Positions 1-8,569 are shown, counted from the stretch's first letter. The stretch: 18,707 bases of DNA from Elusimicrobiota bacterium (GCA_051745145.1 JBNJDT010000027.1:1-18707); one strand, 5' to 3'. The notes: a model not told the origin generated them from the letters alone. Made by a program: numbers and translations.

Positions 1-20
1 AAATCCCGCCCTCGGCACCA
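1..20 (+). tRNA. 3' end of a tRNA, probably tRNA-Leu (truncated by window edge)
   Basis: AAATCCCGC-CCTCGGC-A-CCA: 3' half of the T arm, acceptor strand CCTCGGC (implying 5' GCCGAGG, typical of tRNA-Leu), discriminator A and encoded CCA. The anticodon lies outside the window, so the isotype is inferred. Confidence 0.75.
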
Positions 21-45
21 GGTTTAGATTTAAAAATATATTTAA

Positions 46-122
46 GGCGCGGTACCCAAGTGGCTTAAGGGGACGGTTTGCAAAACCGCTATCCGTTGGT
101 TCGAATCCGACCCGCGCCTCCA
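46..122 (+). tRNA. tRNA-Cys (GCA)
   Basis: Acceptor GGCGCGG/CCGCGCC, anticodon arm CGGT-TTGCAAA-ACCG with GCA at 80-82, T-loop GGTTCGAATCC, U discriminator typical of tRNA-Cys, encoded CCA. Confidence 0.96.
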
Positions 123-263
123 ATTATTTCGATTAAATTGTAAATTTTATTTTTAATGAGAAACGTTATACCGGTATACAAGGTACAACAAGACTCTGTA
201 TTTGTATGAATAGCGACCTGGTTAAAAATAGCAACTTAATTAGTATAAAGCTTTAAAGAGGGA

Positions 264-340
264 GGGCGGTTAGCTCAGTTGGTTAGAGTGTCACGTTGAC
301 ATCGTGAAGGTCACTGGTTCAAATCCAGTACCGCCCACCA
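264..340 (+). tRNA. tRNA-Val (GAC)
   Basis: Acceptor GGGCGGT/ACCGCCC, D arm AGCTCAGTTGGTTAGAG, anticodon arm TCACG-TTGACAT-CGTGA with GAC at 298-300, T arm ACTGGTTCAAATCCAGT, ACCA end. Confidence 0.97.
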
Positions 341-384
341 TTTGCAGTTAAGACAATTTAGAATATAAAGGGAATATAAATTTT

Positions 385-2118
385 ATGGAAAAAGAACTTA
401 AAAAATTAAGACATTCAACATCGCATGTTATGGCCCAGGCAGTTATGCGGCTGTATGACAATGTAAAGGTAGGAATGGGACCGGCTGTCAAGGACGGTTT
501 TTATTATGATTTTGATTTTCCCGAAGATATAAAAATATCCAAAAAAGATTTTGATAAAATTACGGGAGAAATGTATAAAATAATTAATAAGGGTCAAGAG
601 TTTAAAAAAGAGATCGTTACCAAAAAAGAGGCCTTGAAAATTTTTAGTGACCAGCCTTATAAAATTGAGCTTATTAAACAATTCTCCGAAGATCCTCAAG
701 AGGATATAAGTATATACAGAAACGGGGATTTTGTGGATCTCTGCCGGGGTCCGCATCTTAATAATACATCTGAGATTAAGGCATTTAAATTAACTGAAGT
801 TGCCGGGGCCTACTGGAAAGGGAGTGAAAAGAATAAGATGCTCACCAGAATTTACGGTACTGCTTTTAAAGACAAAAAGCAGTTAAAGAAACACCTTAAA
901 AAACTTGAAAAAGCCCGCCAGCGGGATCACCGTAAGCTGGGAAAAGAGCTGAAACTTTTTAGTATACATTCTCAGGAAGCGGGCCCCGGTTTGATTCACT
1001 GGCATCCCCGCGGTGAAAGAGTAAAAAAGATTATTGAAAATTTTTGGGAGAAGGAGCATTTTAAAAATAATTATAAACTGGTATCCACCCCTCATATAGC
1101 CAGTGAAGAGCTCTATAAAATCAGCGGCCATCTACAAAATTATTCGGATATGATGTATTCAGCGATGGACATAGACGGTAAGCCCTACCGGGTTAAGCCT
1201 ATGAATTGCCCGGGGCATATAATGATATATAATTCCGATGTCCATTCTTATAGAGAATTACCTTTAAAATATGCCGAAATGGGAACAGTGTACCGCTATG
1301 AAAAATCAGGGGTGCTTCACGGCCTCATGAGAGTTCGCGGGTTTACTATAGATGATGCCCACATTATCTGCTCTAAGAATAATTTAGAAGAAGAAGTACT
1401 GAATGTTATAAATTTTTGTTTTGACTTTTTGAAAAATTTTAAATTCGAGGAATTTTCCATATATTTATCCACCAAACCCGAAGATAAATTTGTGGGATCG
1501 GATGAAGACTGGAAAAAGGCCGAGAGCAGTCTGGAGAAAGCGCTAGAAAAACTGGATATTGACTATGATATTGACCCTGGCGGGGGGGCTTTTTACGGTC
1601 CAAAAATAGATATAAAAGTAGAGGATTCCCTGGGCCGGGAATGGCAGTGTTCTACCATACAGTTTGATTTCAATATCCCTGAAAGATTTGATATGACTTA
1701 CGATGGCCCTGAAAAAGAGGAAAGACCGTATATGATTCACAGAGCTCTTTTAGGCTCGGTTGAAAGATTTATGGGAGTTCTGATAGAACATTACGGCGGT
1801 AGATTTCCCCTATGGCTGGCTCCGGTACAGGTTGAAATTTTACCCATATCCAATGAACATATAGAATACTGTGATAAATTAAAAGATAAATTCACCGCTG
1901 AGCAGATAAGAGTTAAAGTAAATAAAAAAGATGAGAACCTGGGGAAAAAAATATGGCAGTCCCGTAAAATGCAGACTCCCTATATGCTGATAGTAGGAGA
2001 TGATGAAATAGAGAGTAAAAAACTTTCCGTAAGAAAACTTTCCGACGGCGACATAGGTAATTACTCTGTAAAAGAATTTATTGATTTATTAAAAGAAGAG
2101 GTCAGTCAGAAACAGTAG
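385..2118 (+). CDS. thrS: Threonine--tRNA ligase, short form lacking the N-terminal TGS domain
   Basis: LRHSTSH (HxxxH editing motif), DLCRGPH, GAYW, RDHRKLG, KPMNCP, GLMRVRGFTIDDAH, GAFYGPKID, WQCSTIQFDF, IHRALLGSVERF, FPLWLAPVQV and a C-terminal anticodon-binding domain. Confidence 0.98.
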   Translation: MEKELKKLRHSTSHVMAQAVMRLYDNVKVGMGPAVKDGFYYDFDFPEDIKISKKDFDKITGEMYKIINKGQEFKKEIVTKKEALKIFSDQPYKIELIKQFSEDPQEDISIYRNGDFVDLCRGPHLNNTSEIKAFKLTEVAGAYWKGSEKNKMLTRIYGTAFKDKKQLKKHLKKLEKARQRDHRKLGKELKLFSIHSQEAGPGLIHWHPRGERVKKIIENFWEKEHFKNNYKLVSTPHIASEELYKISGHLQNYSDMMYSAMDIDGKPYRVKPMNCPGHIMIYNSDVHSYRELPLKYAEMGTVYRYEKSGVLHGLMRVRGFTIDDAHIICSKNNLEEEVLNVINFCFDFLKNFKFEEFSIYLSTKPEDKFVGSDEDWKKAESSLEKALEKLDIDYDIDPGGGAFYGPKIDIKVEDSLGREWQCSTIQFDFNIPERFDMTYDGPEKEERPYMIHRALLGSVERFMGVLIEHYGGRFPLWLAPVQVEILPISNEHIEYCDKLKDKFTAEQIRVKVNKKDENLGKKIWQSRKMQTPYMLIVGDDEIESKKLSVRKLSDGDIGNYSVKEFIDLLKEEVSQKQ

Positions 2119-2899
2119 TATCTTTAAGTCGGTTTATATTTTTCAAGGCCAGGCTGCGCCGGCTTTTTTTAGGAGAGTTTTTATAAACCAGTTCCCACAA
2201 TTTAAGAGCTTTTTTGTATTCGCTGTTCTCTTCATAAAGTTGAGCAAGAATAATTCTTAATTCGACGGGGGCGTCTTTTTCAAAAACAATTTTTTCGAAT
2301 TCCTGTATGGCTTTCCCGTATTCATCCCTATGCATATATGTAAGAGAAGATTTTAATATATAGAGTTTCCATCTTAATTCTTCAAAATAATTGCCCCTTC
2401 CCAAAATTAAAGGGTGTTTTTTATCAGTTTCTACTATATCGTAATTTTTTAATCTTTTCTGTAAATTTTCTACGACTCGGATACTTTCTGTAAGAAGTTC
2501 AAATGCTTCATCGTATCTTTTTAAATTCCAGGCCAGAGTGGTAGGGCCGATAAGATAAGCGGATACAAAATAGGGGTCAAATCTTATTATCTGTTTCCAG
2601 TAATTTTTTAATTTCGGGTATAATATTTTTTCTTCCGGCAGCTTACTGTTTTTACCGAATTCATAAGCTTTTCCCTCCGGTTGACCGTAGTACTGGATAG
2701 CTTGAAGCCATACAATATCTGTGGCTAATCTTCTCATTCCCAGCATTGAAGCCCAGAAAGATACAGGAGTGCTTAGCGGATATTTTTTAGAAAATATCGG
2801 GGGATATTCCCGTCGTTCGGGCATTTTGGTATATACACCGGCCAGACCCGCTAAAAATAGGAAAAGCAAAAAAAAATTTAATTTAACAGAGCGCCTCAT
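2102..2899 (-). CDS. Membrane-anchored TPR-like protein (PilG/XapA-like partner of the ABC system)
   Basis: N-terminal basic + hydrophobic anchor (MRRSVKLNFFLLFLFLAGLAGV), LGMRRLATDIVWLQAIQYYG segment, TPR-like helical repeats (RFDPYFVSAY, YDEAFELL, YGKAIQEFEK, LAQLYEENSEYKKALKLW). ATGA overlap with the permease stop at 2896-2899. Confidence 0.7.
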   Translation of the reverse strand: MRRSVKLNFFLLFLFLAGLAGVYTKMPERREYPPIFSKKYPLSTPVSFWASMLGMRRLATDIVWLQAIQYYGQPEGKAYEFGKNSKLPEEKILYPKLKNYWKQIIRFDPYFVSAYLIGPTTLAWNLKRYDEAFELLTESIRVVENLQKRLKNYDIVETDKKHPLILGRGNYFEELRWKLYILKSSLTYMHRDEYGKAIQEFEKIVFEKDAPVELRIILAQLYEENSEYKKALKLWELVYKNSPKKSRRSLALKNINRLKDTTVSD

Positions 2900-3669
2900 A
2901 ATTCTTTATAGCGAAATACAATAGTACTTAAAGTGATTATTACGCAGCCATACAAAACGGCATATCCGCCGGATGTTAGAAAATCGCTAAAAGATATTGG
3001 AGTTACATGGAAAAAATCTTTATAGTTTAAACGATGAAAATTTGGAATTATATAATAAAGAGTTTTAAGGAATAGAGTTATCCGGATGCCGGATTCTTTC
3101 AAAAGGTGATTTATATACTGAAGTTCCTGAGAAAAATGGCCCAGGGTCCACAGAAAAAATATACTTATAAATGATGAAGCCGGGGAAGTAGAAACAAGAG
3201 AGAGAAGTACGGAAAAAGAAGCCACTATAATAATTTTAAAGAAGATATAAGTAAGCATCACCGGATAATATAAATTCCAGGACCATCCTTTTAAAAAAAG
3301 CATTATTAAAAGAGAGATACCCATTATAATAATATAAGTGAACATAACGCTCAGAATTCCAAAGAAGCGGCCCAGTAAATATTGAGTACGGTTAACAGGA
3401 CGGGAGAGAATAAGATAAACGGTTTTTTGCTCCATTTCCTGGAGGATTAACTTTACGGATATAAAGGTACAGCTCAGGAAAGCAAATATTTCAATGGCGG
3501 CAATACCTAAATCCAGTATCACCCTGATTTCTTGCTGGGGGGAAAGCATTGAAAAAAGAATACCGCTTCCCAAAACTATGGCCATATATATAAAGAGAAT
3601 TAAAAAATTTTTATTTTTAAGGTTCTCTATAAAAGTAAATTTAGTTATTTCGTAAATTTTTGTAAACAT
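2896..3669 (-). CDS. ABC transporter permease (ABC-2-like, PilI/XapB-like)
   Basis: About 6 hydrophobic segments; EMEQKTVYLILSRPVNRTQYLLGRFFG is the typical ABC-2 permease loop; YYIIPNF motif; ends FRYKEL. Starts 1 nt after the ATPase stop. Confidence 0.88.
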   Translation of the reverse strand: MFTKIYEITKFTFIENLKNKNFLILFIYMAIVLGSGILFSMLSPQQEIRVILDLGIAAIEIFAFLSCTFISVKLILQEMEQKTVYLILSRPVNRTQYLLGRFFGILSVMFTYIIIMGISLLIMLFLKGWSWNLYYPVMLTYIFFKIIIVASFSVLLSLVSTSPASSFISIFFLWTLGHFSQELQYINHLLKESGIRITLFLKTLYYIIPNFHRLNYKDFFHVTPISFSDFLTSGGYAVLYGCVIITLSTIVFRYKEL

Positions 3670-3670
3670 G

Positions 3671-4414
3671 TTAAGAGTCAGCCGTTGATATTGTATCTAA
3701 AAATCTGTCCTCCAGGCCGGTATCCGCTTTTATGATTTTTAAGATTTTTCCGTTGTGCAGTATCCCCACCCGGTCGGCTATTTTTTCAACTTCCGCTATT
3801 ATATGAGATGTGAAAAATATTGTTTTCCCGTCTTCTTTTAGCTTTTGTATCAGATTTCTTATATCTATAATACCCTGGGGATCCAGCCCCCCCATAGGTT
3901 CATCTAAAATAAGAAGTTCCGGTTCTGAAAGTATAGCTTGGGCCAGCCCCAGTCTTTGACGCATCCCCCTGGAAAACTCCTTGATTTTTCGGCTGGAAGC
4001 ATTTTCTAAAGATGTATATTGGAGTACCCGGGTAATTCTCGCGGATAATTTCTCTTTTTTTAAACCGGACAATCTGCCCCAGAATTTAAGTATTTCCACG
4101 GGTGTAAAACTATTGTTATAATATGGAATTTCGGGTAGAAAACCTATCTTTTCTTTTACGGAACCGGATATTTTATTTTGTCCGAATATTCTAAAATTAC
4201 CCGAATCCGGCGTTAAAAGTCCCAAAAGTAATTTTATAGTAGTAGTTTTGCCGGAACCGTTAAGTCCAATAAGAGCAAATATTTCATTTTCTTTAACATT
4301 AAGGTTTACATCTTTTAAAGCTGTAATGGAAATGGTTTTAAAAAAATGTGAAGATTTATAAGTTTTAGAAAGCTTCTCAATATTTAACACGTTTTGTTTA
4401 TCGTAGTTTTCCAT
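3671..4414 (-). CDS. ABC transporter ATP-binding protein (PilH/XapD-like)
   Basis: Walker A GLNGSGKTT, signature FSRGMRQR, Walker B LILDEP, H-loop FTSH. Start moved from the ORF-track TTG at 4453 to the in-frame ATG at 4414 (MENYDK). Confidence 0.93.
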   Translation of the reverse strand: MENYDKQNVLNIEKLSKTYKSSHFFKTISITALKDVNLNVKENEIFALIGLNGSGKTTTIKLLLGLLTPDSGNFRIFGQNKISGSVKEKIGFLPEIPYYNNSFTPVEILKFWGRLSGLKKEKLSARITRVLQYTSLENASSRKIKEFSRGMRQRLGLAQAILSEPELLILDEPMGGLDPQGIIDIRNLIQKLKEDGKTIFFTSHIIAEVEKIADRVGILHNGKILKIIKADTGLEDRFLDTISTADS

Positions 4415-4424
4415 AGTTTTATAT

Positions 4425-4453
4425 ACTTTAATATATAAAAAAAATAAAATCAA
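4425..4453 (-). promoter_or_regulatory. Possible sigma70 promoter for the ABC operon
   Basis: Minus strand TTGATT-N17-TAAAGT ending 10 nt before the ATG at 4414. Each hexamer is a 4/6 match in very AT-rich DNA, so support is weak. Confidence 0.3.
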
Positions 4454-4508
4454 ATACCATAAATAATAGAATTTTAAATAGTGTATTTGTTAATTACTGT
4501 GAGGTTAT

Positions 4509-4537
4509 TTGACAAATTTTTTTCAGTAATATAGAAT
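4509..4537 (+). promoter_or_regulatory. Sigma70-type promoter for the signalling cluster
   Basis: TTGACA (4509-4514), exactly 17 nt, TAGAAT (4532-4537); about 125 nt upstream of the ATG at 4662. Confidence 0.75.
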
Positions 4538-4661
4538 ATTTACGATAAGTTTTATATTCCAAGTATGAAGTTTTAATTTTGAATAATGCTGAAAAATAAC
4601 AATGGTAATGTAAAATAACTTACCGTTAAAAAAAAATAATTTCCAAATATCATTAAGATAA

Positions 4662-6131
4662 ATGTCATTTAAATATAAATTTTTACTATATACCACCAGT
4701 ATAATATTTGTTGCAATAGCGGCAATGACTTTTCTGCTTCACGGTCAGCAAAGAATTATATTTATGGAAAATCACTTTGCCTCGCAAATAAATACAGCGC
4801 ATGCTCTTTCAACGGTTGCTGAAGAGGCATTATCCCGGGATGATGATCTTTTTGCCTTGAGATATACTAAATTATTAGAAGAAACTGTAGAAGGCTTAGA
4901 ATATGCTATGATTATAAATATGGGGGGAGTAATCAGAGCCCATTCAGACCCCCGTAAAGTACGACAGATAGTTCGGGCCACTCATACGATAACTTCCCTT
5001 AATTCCGATGAATTAGAAAGAGTAGTATATCAAAAGGACGGTAAAAAAATCACTGAAATATCAGCTCCGGTCTATCTGGGCGATAATAAAATTGGATTGG
5101 CCGTAATAGGGTATAGCGTTGATACAGTAAATAGAATGTTGAATAGATTTATTGAGATGTCTAAAAACAGGATCTATATTTTAGGATATGCTATTGCTAT
5201 GTTTGGAATTGCCGCATCGCTCCTTCTAACTGAAATAGTAGTTATACCCATAAAAAAGATAGCTTACGGTACTAAAAGAATAGGCCATGGAAACTTGGAT
5301 ACTAAAATAAAAATTTCCCGAAAAGATGAATTGGGAGATCTGGCTGACGATATAAATAAAATGACAAAAAAACTGGGAGAAATTGATAAAATGAAAGAGA
5401 GTTTTATATCCAGCGTTACCCATGAACTCCGTTCCCCGCTGAATTCTATAGGGATGTATATGGATCTTTTTTATAATGAAGAACTTGGAAAGATAAACTC
5501 TGATCAAAAAGAAGCCCTGGAAGTAATGAAACAAGCTACTAAAAGATTATCCCGGTTTATCAATAATATTTTGGATTTGTCAAAACTGGAGAGCGGGCAG
5601 ATGGAGACTGATTTTGAAGAGTTTCAGTTGCCAAATTTAATAGAAGATATTGAAAATCTCTATAAAGTACAGATGGAAAAGAAAAATATAAATTTTGAAG
5701 TAAAGTATCCTGATTTTACAGAGATCCCTCCGGTTTACGGTGATTATGAGAGTACCATCAGAATACTTGATAATCTTTTAAGCAATGCCATTAAATTCAC
5801 TCCGGAAGACGGGATAATTACTGTCGAAGTTGATGTAAAGGATTCTGAATATCTTGAAGTTGCCGTATCGGATACGGGCAGGGGAATCCCGGAATCGGAG
5901 ATAGATAAAATATTTGATAAATTTAAGCAGGTAAACGGAGTTAGAAAAGAGGTTGATGGTCCAAAAGGTACAGGACTGGGCTTACCCCTGGTTAAAAATA
6001 TGGTCCAGGCCCAGGGCGGTAATATTCGTGTTGAAAGCGAAGAAGGAGAAGGGACAACCTTTTATTTTACTATACCCACCGTACAAGGTGACGACGAAGA
6101 GATACAGGTTGTTAACGTAGAAGATAAATAA
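4662..6131 (+). CDS. Membrane sensor histidine kinase (TM - Cache-like extracytoplasmic domain - TM - HAMP - HisKA - HATPase)
   Basis: Two TM segments, YAMIINMGGVIRAHSD Cache-like strand, HAMP (PIKKIAYGTKRIGHGNLD...DELGDLADDINKM), H-box SVTHELRSPL, N-box NLLSNAIKFT, G1 DTGRGI, F IFDKF, G2 GTGLGL. Confidence 0.95.
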   Translation: MSFKYKFLLYTTSIIFVAIAAMTFLLHGQQRIIFMENHFASQINTAHALSTVAEEALSRDDDLFALRYTKLLEETVEGLEYAMIINMGGVIRAHSDPRKVRQIVRATHTITSLNSDELERVVYQKDGKKITEISAPVYLGDNKIGLAVIGYSVDTVNRMLNRFIEMSKNRIYILGYAIAMFGIAASLLLTEIVVIPIKKIAYGTKRIGHGNLDTKIKISRKDELGDLADDINKMTKKLGEIDKMKESFISSVTHELRSPLNSIGMYMDLFYNEELGKINSDQKEALEVMKQATKRLSRFINNILDLSKLESGQMETDFEEFQLPNLIEDIENLYKVQMEKKNINFEVKYPDFTEIPPVYGDYESTIRILDNLLSNAIKFTPEDGIITVEVDVKDSEYLEVAVSDTGRGIPESEIDKIFDKFKQVNGVRKEVDGPKGTGLGLPLVKNMVQAQGGNIRVESEEGEGTTFYFTIPTVQGDDEEIQVVNVEDK

Positions 6132-6137
6132 ATTGAT

Positions 6138-8114
6138 ATGAATGGCGATAATAATAAAACGGAAAAAAAAGAAAGAATTTTAGTAGTCGATGATGATGCC
6201 ACATCCCGCAAACCCTGTTCAATATATTTAAAAAACCGCGGCTACCGGGTAGCAGAAGCCGGAACGGGTGAAGAAGCTGTAAAAAAATTTAAAGAAAATT
6301 CTTATGCTCTTGTAATTACGGATTTAAATATGCCGGGTATAGATGGAATAGAAGTACTCAGGCAGATCAAAAAAATTTCTTCTGATTGTCCGGTTATTAT
6401 AATGACAGCTTATGCTACAGTGGAGACAGGTATTAAATCTATGAAATTAGGGGCTTATGATTATCTTGTAAAACCTGTAAAACTGGATGAACTTCATATG
6501 AAAATTACCCGGAGTTTAAAGGAAAAAAGGCTATCTGAAAAAGTTAAAAAACTGGACGAGACTCTGGCGCTTTACGAAATAACTAAGAAAATGTTCAAAA
6601 CCGTTGAATTACAGGAGCTCCTTGATTTAATTGTGGATACAATGATGAAAATTTTAAATGCCGACCGGGCTTCGCTTATGTTATTAAATAATGACAATAA
6701 ATTATATATTCCCGTGAGCCGGGGAATCTCCCAAAATATTCAGCAGAAAACCCGTCTTGAACCGGGAGAGGGGATTGCCGGAAAAATTATGGAAACAAAA
6801 GAACCTGTAATTTTAAATACAGATTCAAAAGAAAATTGGCCGTTTGAAAAAGTAACAGTATCAGATGCTAATATAAATTCAGCAATTATATGCCCTCTGC
6901 TTACTAAAAATAAAGTTTTGGGGGTAATAAATCTCAGCCGGGTAGATATTAATAAAAACTTTACAGAGGATGATTTGCATAAAGCGGTAATATTTACTTC
7001 CCATATAACTTCGGCAATAGAGAATGCAAATCTCTTTGAAAGACTTCAGAAAGAAAAAGGAAAAATAGAAGCAATGTTTTCCGGAATGGGAGATGGAGCG
7101 GTTATTACAGATTCAGAAGGCTGTATTCTTACTGTCAACGAGGCCGCTCAGTCGCTTTTGGGATGTAAAAAAGATGATGTATTAGATAAAAAATTTTCAA
7201 ATATTATAGAGGATTTTGAAGCTTCGCCGCAGGAAAAAACTACCAGAAATAAGAAAGAAATAATAACTTTTGAGCTTTACAAAAAAAAGAAGCCTCCTCT
7301 GTATTTATCAGTATTAAATACAAAAATACCGGGTAAAAGAGTGGAGGGTGGACAAATTTTTATACTTCGGGACATTACCGCAGAAAAAAAAGACAGGTTA
7401 TTAAAACAAAATTTCTTTGCTTCAGTGTCCCACAAGCTTAAAACTCCCCTGACCGGGATAATATCTACTGTTAATATATTAAAAAATTCCAATGATATTA
7501 AGGAGAGCGAGGAAACTTTAAAAATGCTGGAAAGTAGCGCCTGGGAACTTTCCGAAATTGTGGATAAGCTTTTGAGCTTTACAACTCTGGAAACCAATTT
7601 TCTTAATTTAAACAGGGAATCTGCAACTTTAAGAGATCTGCTGTCCGATTGTATTAATAGTTTCTCTTCTTTTGCAGAAGAAAATAATGTTAAGATCGAG
7701 GTTGCGAATAATATCGATAATTTACCAAAAATATTTGTGGATATATCGAAAATAGAGGAAGCTATCGAGAATATTATTGAGAATGGAATTAAATTTAATT
7801 CTAAGGAAGAGAAAAAAATAAATATTAAAGCCTATAAACACAACTCTGAATTTATTAGGGTTGAAATATTGGATAACGGTCCCGGTATTCCCGTTTCCGA
7901 GCAGGATAATATATTTAAGAAGTTTTATCAGGCAGAAGAATATTTTACCGGTCAGGTCAAAGGTGCGGGATTAGGACTGGCTGCAGCAAAAAAAATTATA
8001 GAAGCTCATAGAGGAAAAATATGGGTTCAGAGCCAGCTAAATGAAGGAAGTAATTTTATTTTTATGTTGCCCCGGATAAAAGATAAAACTGGCGGGGGGA
8101 CCAAAAGAAATTAG
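6138..8114 (+). CDS. Cytoplasmic hybrid histidine kinase-like protein (REC - GAF - PAS - HisKA - HATPase)
   Basis: REC (ILVVDDD, ITDLNMPGIDG, IMTAY, GAYDYLVKP), GAF (ADRASLML, GEGIAGKI, SAIICPL, VLGVINL, AIENANLF), PAS (MGDGAVITDSEGCILTVNEAAQSLLG), H-box SHKLKTPL, N-box NIIENGIKF, DNGPGI, GAGLGL. No TM segment seen. Confidence 0.93.
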   Translation: MNGDNNKTEKKERILVVDDDATSRKPCSIYLKNRGYRVAEAGTGEEAVKKFKENSYALVITDLNMPGIDGIEVLRQIKKISSDCPVIIMTAYATVETGIKSMKLGAYDYLVKPVKLDELHMKITRSLKEKRLSEKVKKLDETLALYEITKKMFKTVELQELLDLIVDTMMKILNADRASLMLLNNDNKLYIPVSRGISQNIQQKTRLEPGEGIAGKIMETKEPVILNTDSKENWPFEKVTVSDANINSAIICPLLTKNKVLGVINLSRVDINKNFTEDDLHKAVIFTSHITSAIENANLFERLQKEKGKIEAMFSGMGDGAVITDSEGCILTVNEAAQSLLGCKKDDVLDKKFSNIIEDFEASPQEKTTRNKKEIITFELYKKKKPPLYLSVLNTKIPGKRVEGGQIFILRDITAEKKDRLLKQNFFASVSHKLKTPLTGIISTVNILKNSNDIKESEETLKMLESSAWELSEIVDKLLSFTTLETNFLNLNRESATLRDLLSDCINSFSSFAEENNVKIEVANNIDNLPKIFVDISKIEEAIENIIENGIKFNSKEEKKINIKAYKHNSEFIRVEILDNGPGIPVSEQDNIFKKFYQAEEYFTGQVKGAGLGLAAAKKIIEAHRGKIWVQSQLNEGSNFIFMLPRIKDKTGGGTKRN

Positions 8115-8124
8115 AAAAAATTTC

Positions 8125-8190
8125 TATAATTTGTATAATGTAATATGTGAAATATAATATAGTGAGTAAAATTTATTTAATTTGAGAGGA
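8125..8190 (+). promoter_or_regulatory. Possible internal promoter region and ribosome-binding site of the receiver gene
   Basis: Three TATAAT hexamers (8125-8130, 8134-8139, 8153-8158) in the 83-nt gap, and GAGAGGAG shortly before ATG 8198. No clear -35. Confidence 0.45.
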
Positions 8191-8197
8191 GCGGAAT

Positions 8198-8569
8198 ATG
8201 AAAAAAAAGATATTAGTGGCAGATGATGATAAAACTTTAAGAATTTCGGCTAAAACTTTTTTAACCGGAAAAGGATATGATGTTACCGTAGCGGAAGACG
8301 GGGTGGAAGCTATGGAAAAAGTAAAAGAAGTAACCCCCGAAGTAGTAATTACTGATGTAATGATGCCCCGGAAAAACGGTTTTGAAGTTTGTGAAGATAT
8401 AAAGAGTGAAGAGAAAACAGAGGATACTATTGTGTTTATTGTCTCCGGGAATGTACCGGAAATTGAAAAGGGGTTTGATTACGGCGCCGACGATTGCATA
8501 GTAAAACCGCTTGACTGGGATGAATTAAGTGAAAAAATTGAACAGCATATTTTGGAGCAAGAAGAATAA
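8198..8569 (+). CDS. Stand-alone (CheY-like) response regulator receiver protein
   Basis: ILVADDD, phospho-acceptor ITDVMMP, VSG, VKP; 123 aa with no output domain; good SD. Confidence 0.93.
   Translation: MKKKILVADDDKTLRISAKTFLTGKGYDVTVAEDGVEAMEKVKEVTPEVVITDVMMPRKNGFEVCEDIKSEEKTEDTIVFIVSGNVPEIEKGFDYGADDCIVKPLDWDELSEKIEQHILEQEE

Noticed and set aside
1..340. tRNA genes as attachment sites for an integrated element
   Set aside because: No integrase or transposase, no duplicated tRNA 3' end seen, and a core gene follows directly.
341..384. T-box riboswitch or thrS operator
   Set aside because: Only 44 nt, AT-rich, with no T-box consensus and no stems.
2868..2876. A9/T9 tract near the 5' end of the TPR-like gene (and similar runs at 4628-4636 and 6163-6170) as phase-variation sites
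   Set aside because: Runs of 8-9 A/T are common in this AT-rich sequence and the reading frames are intact.
4415..4453. ORF-track TTG start for the ABC ATPase
   Set aside because: The extension (ILFFLYIKVYKT) is translated AT-rich intergenic DNA; the ATG at 4414 gives a normal N-terminus.
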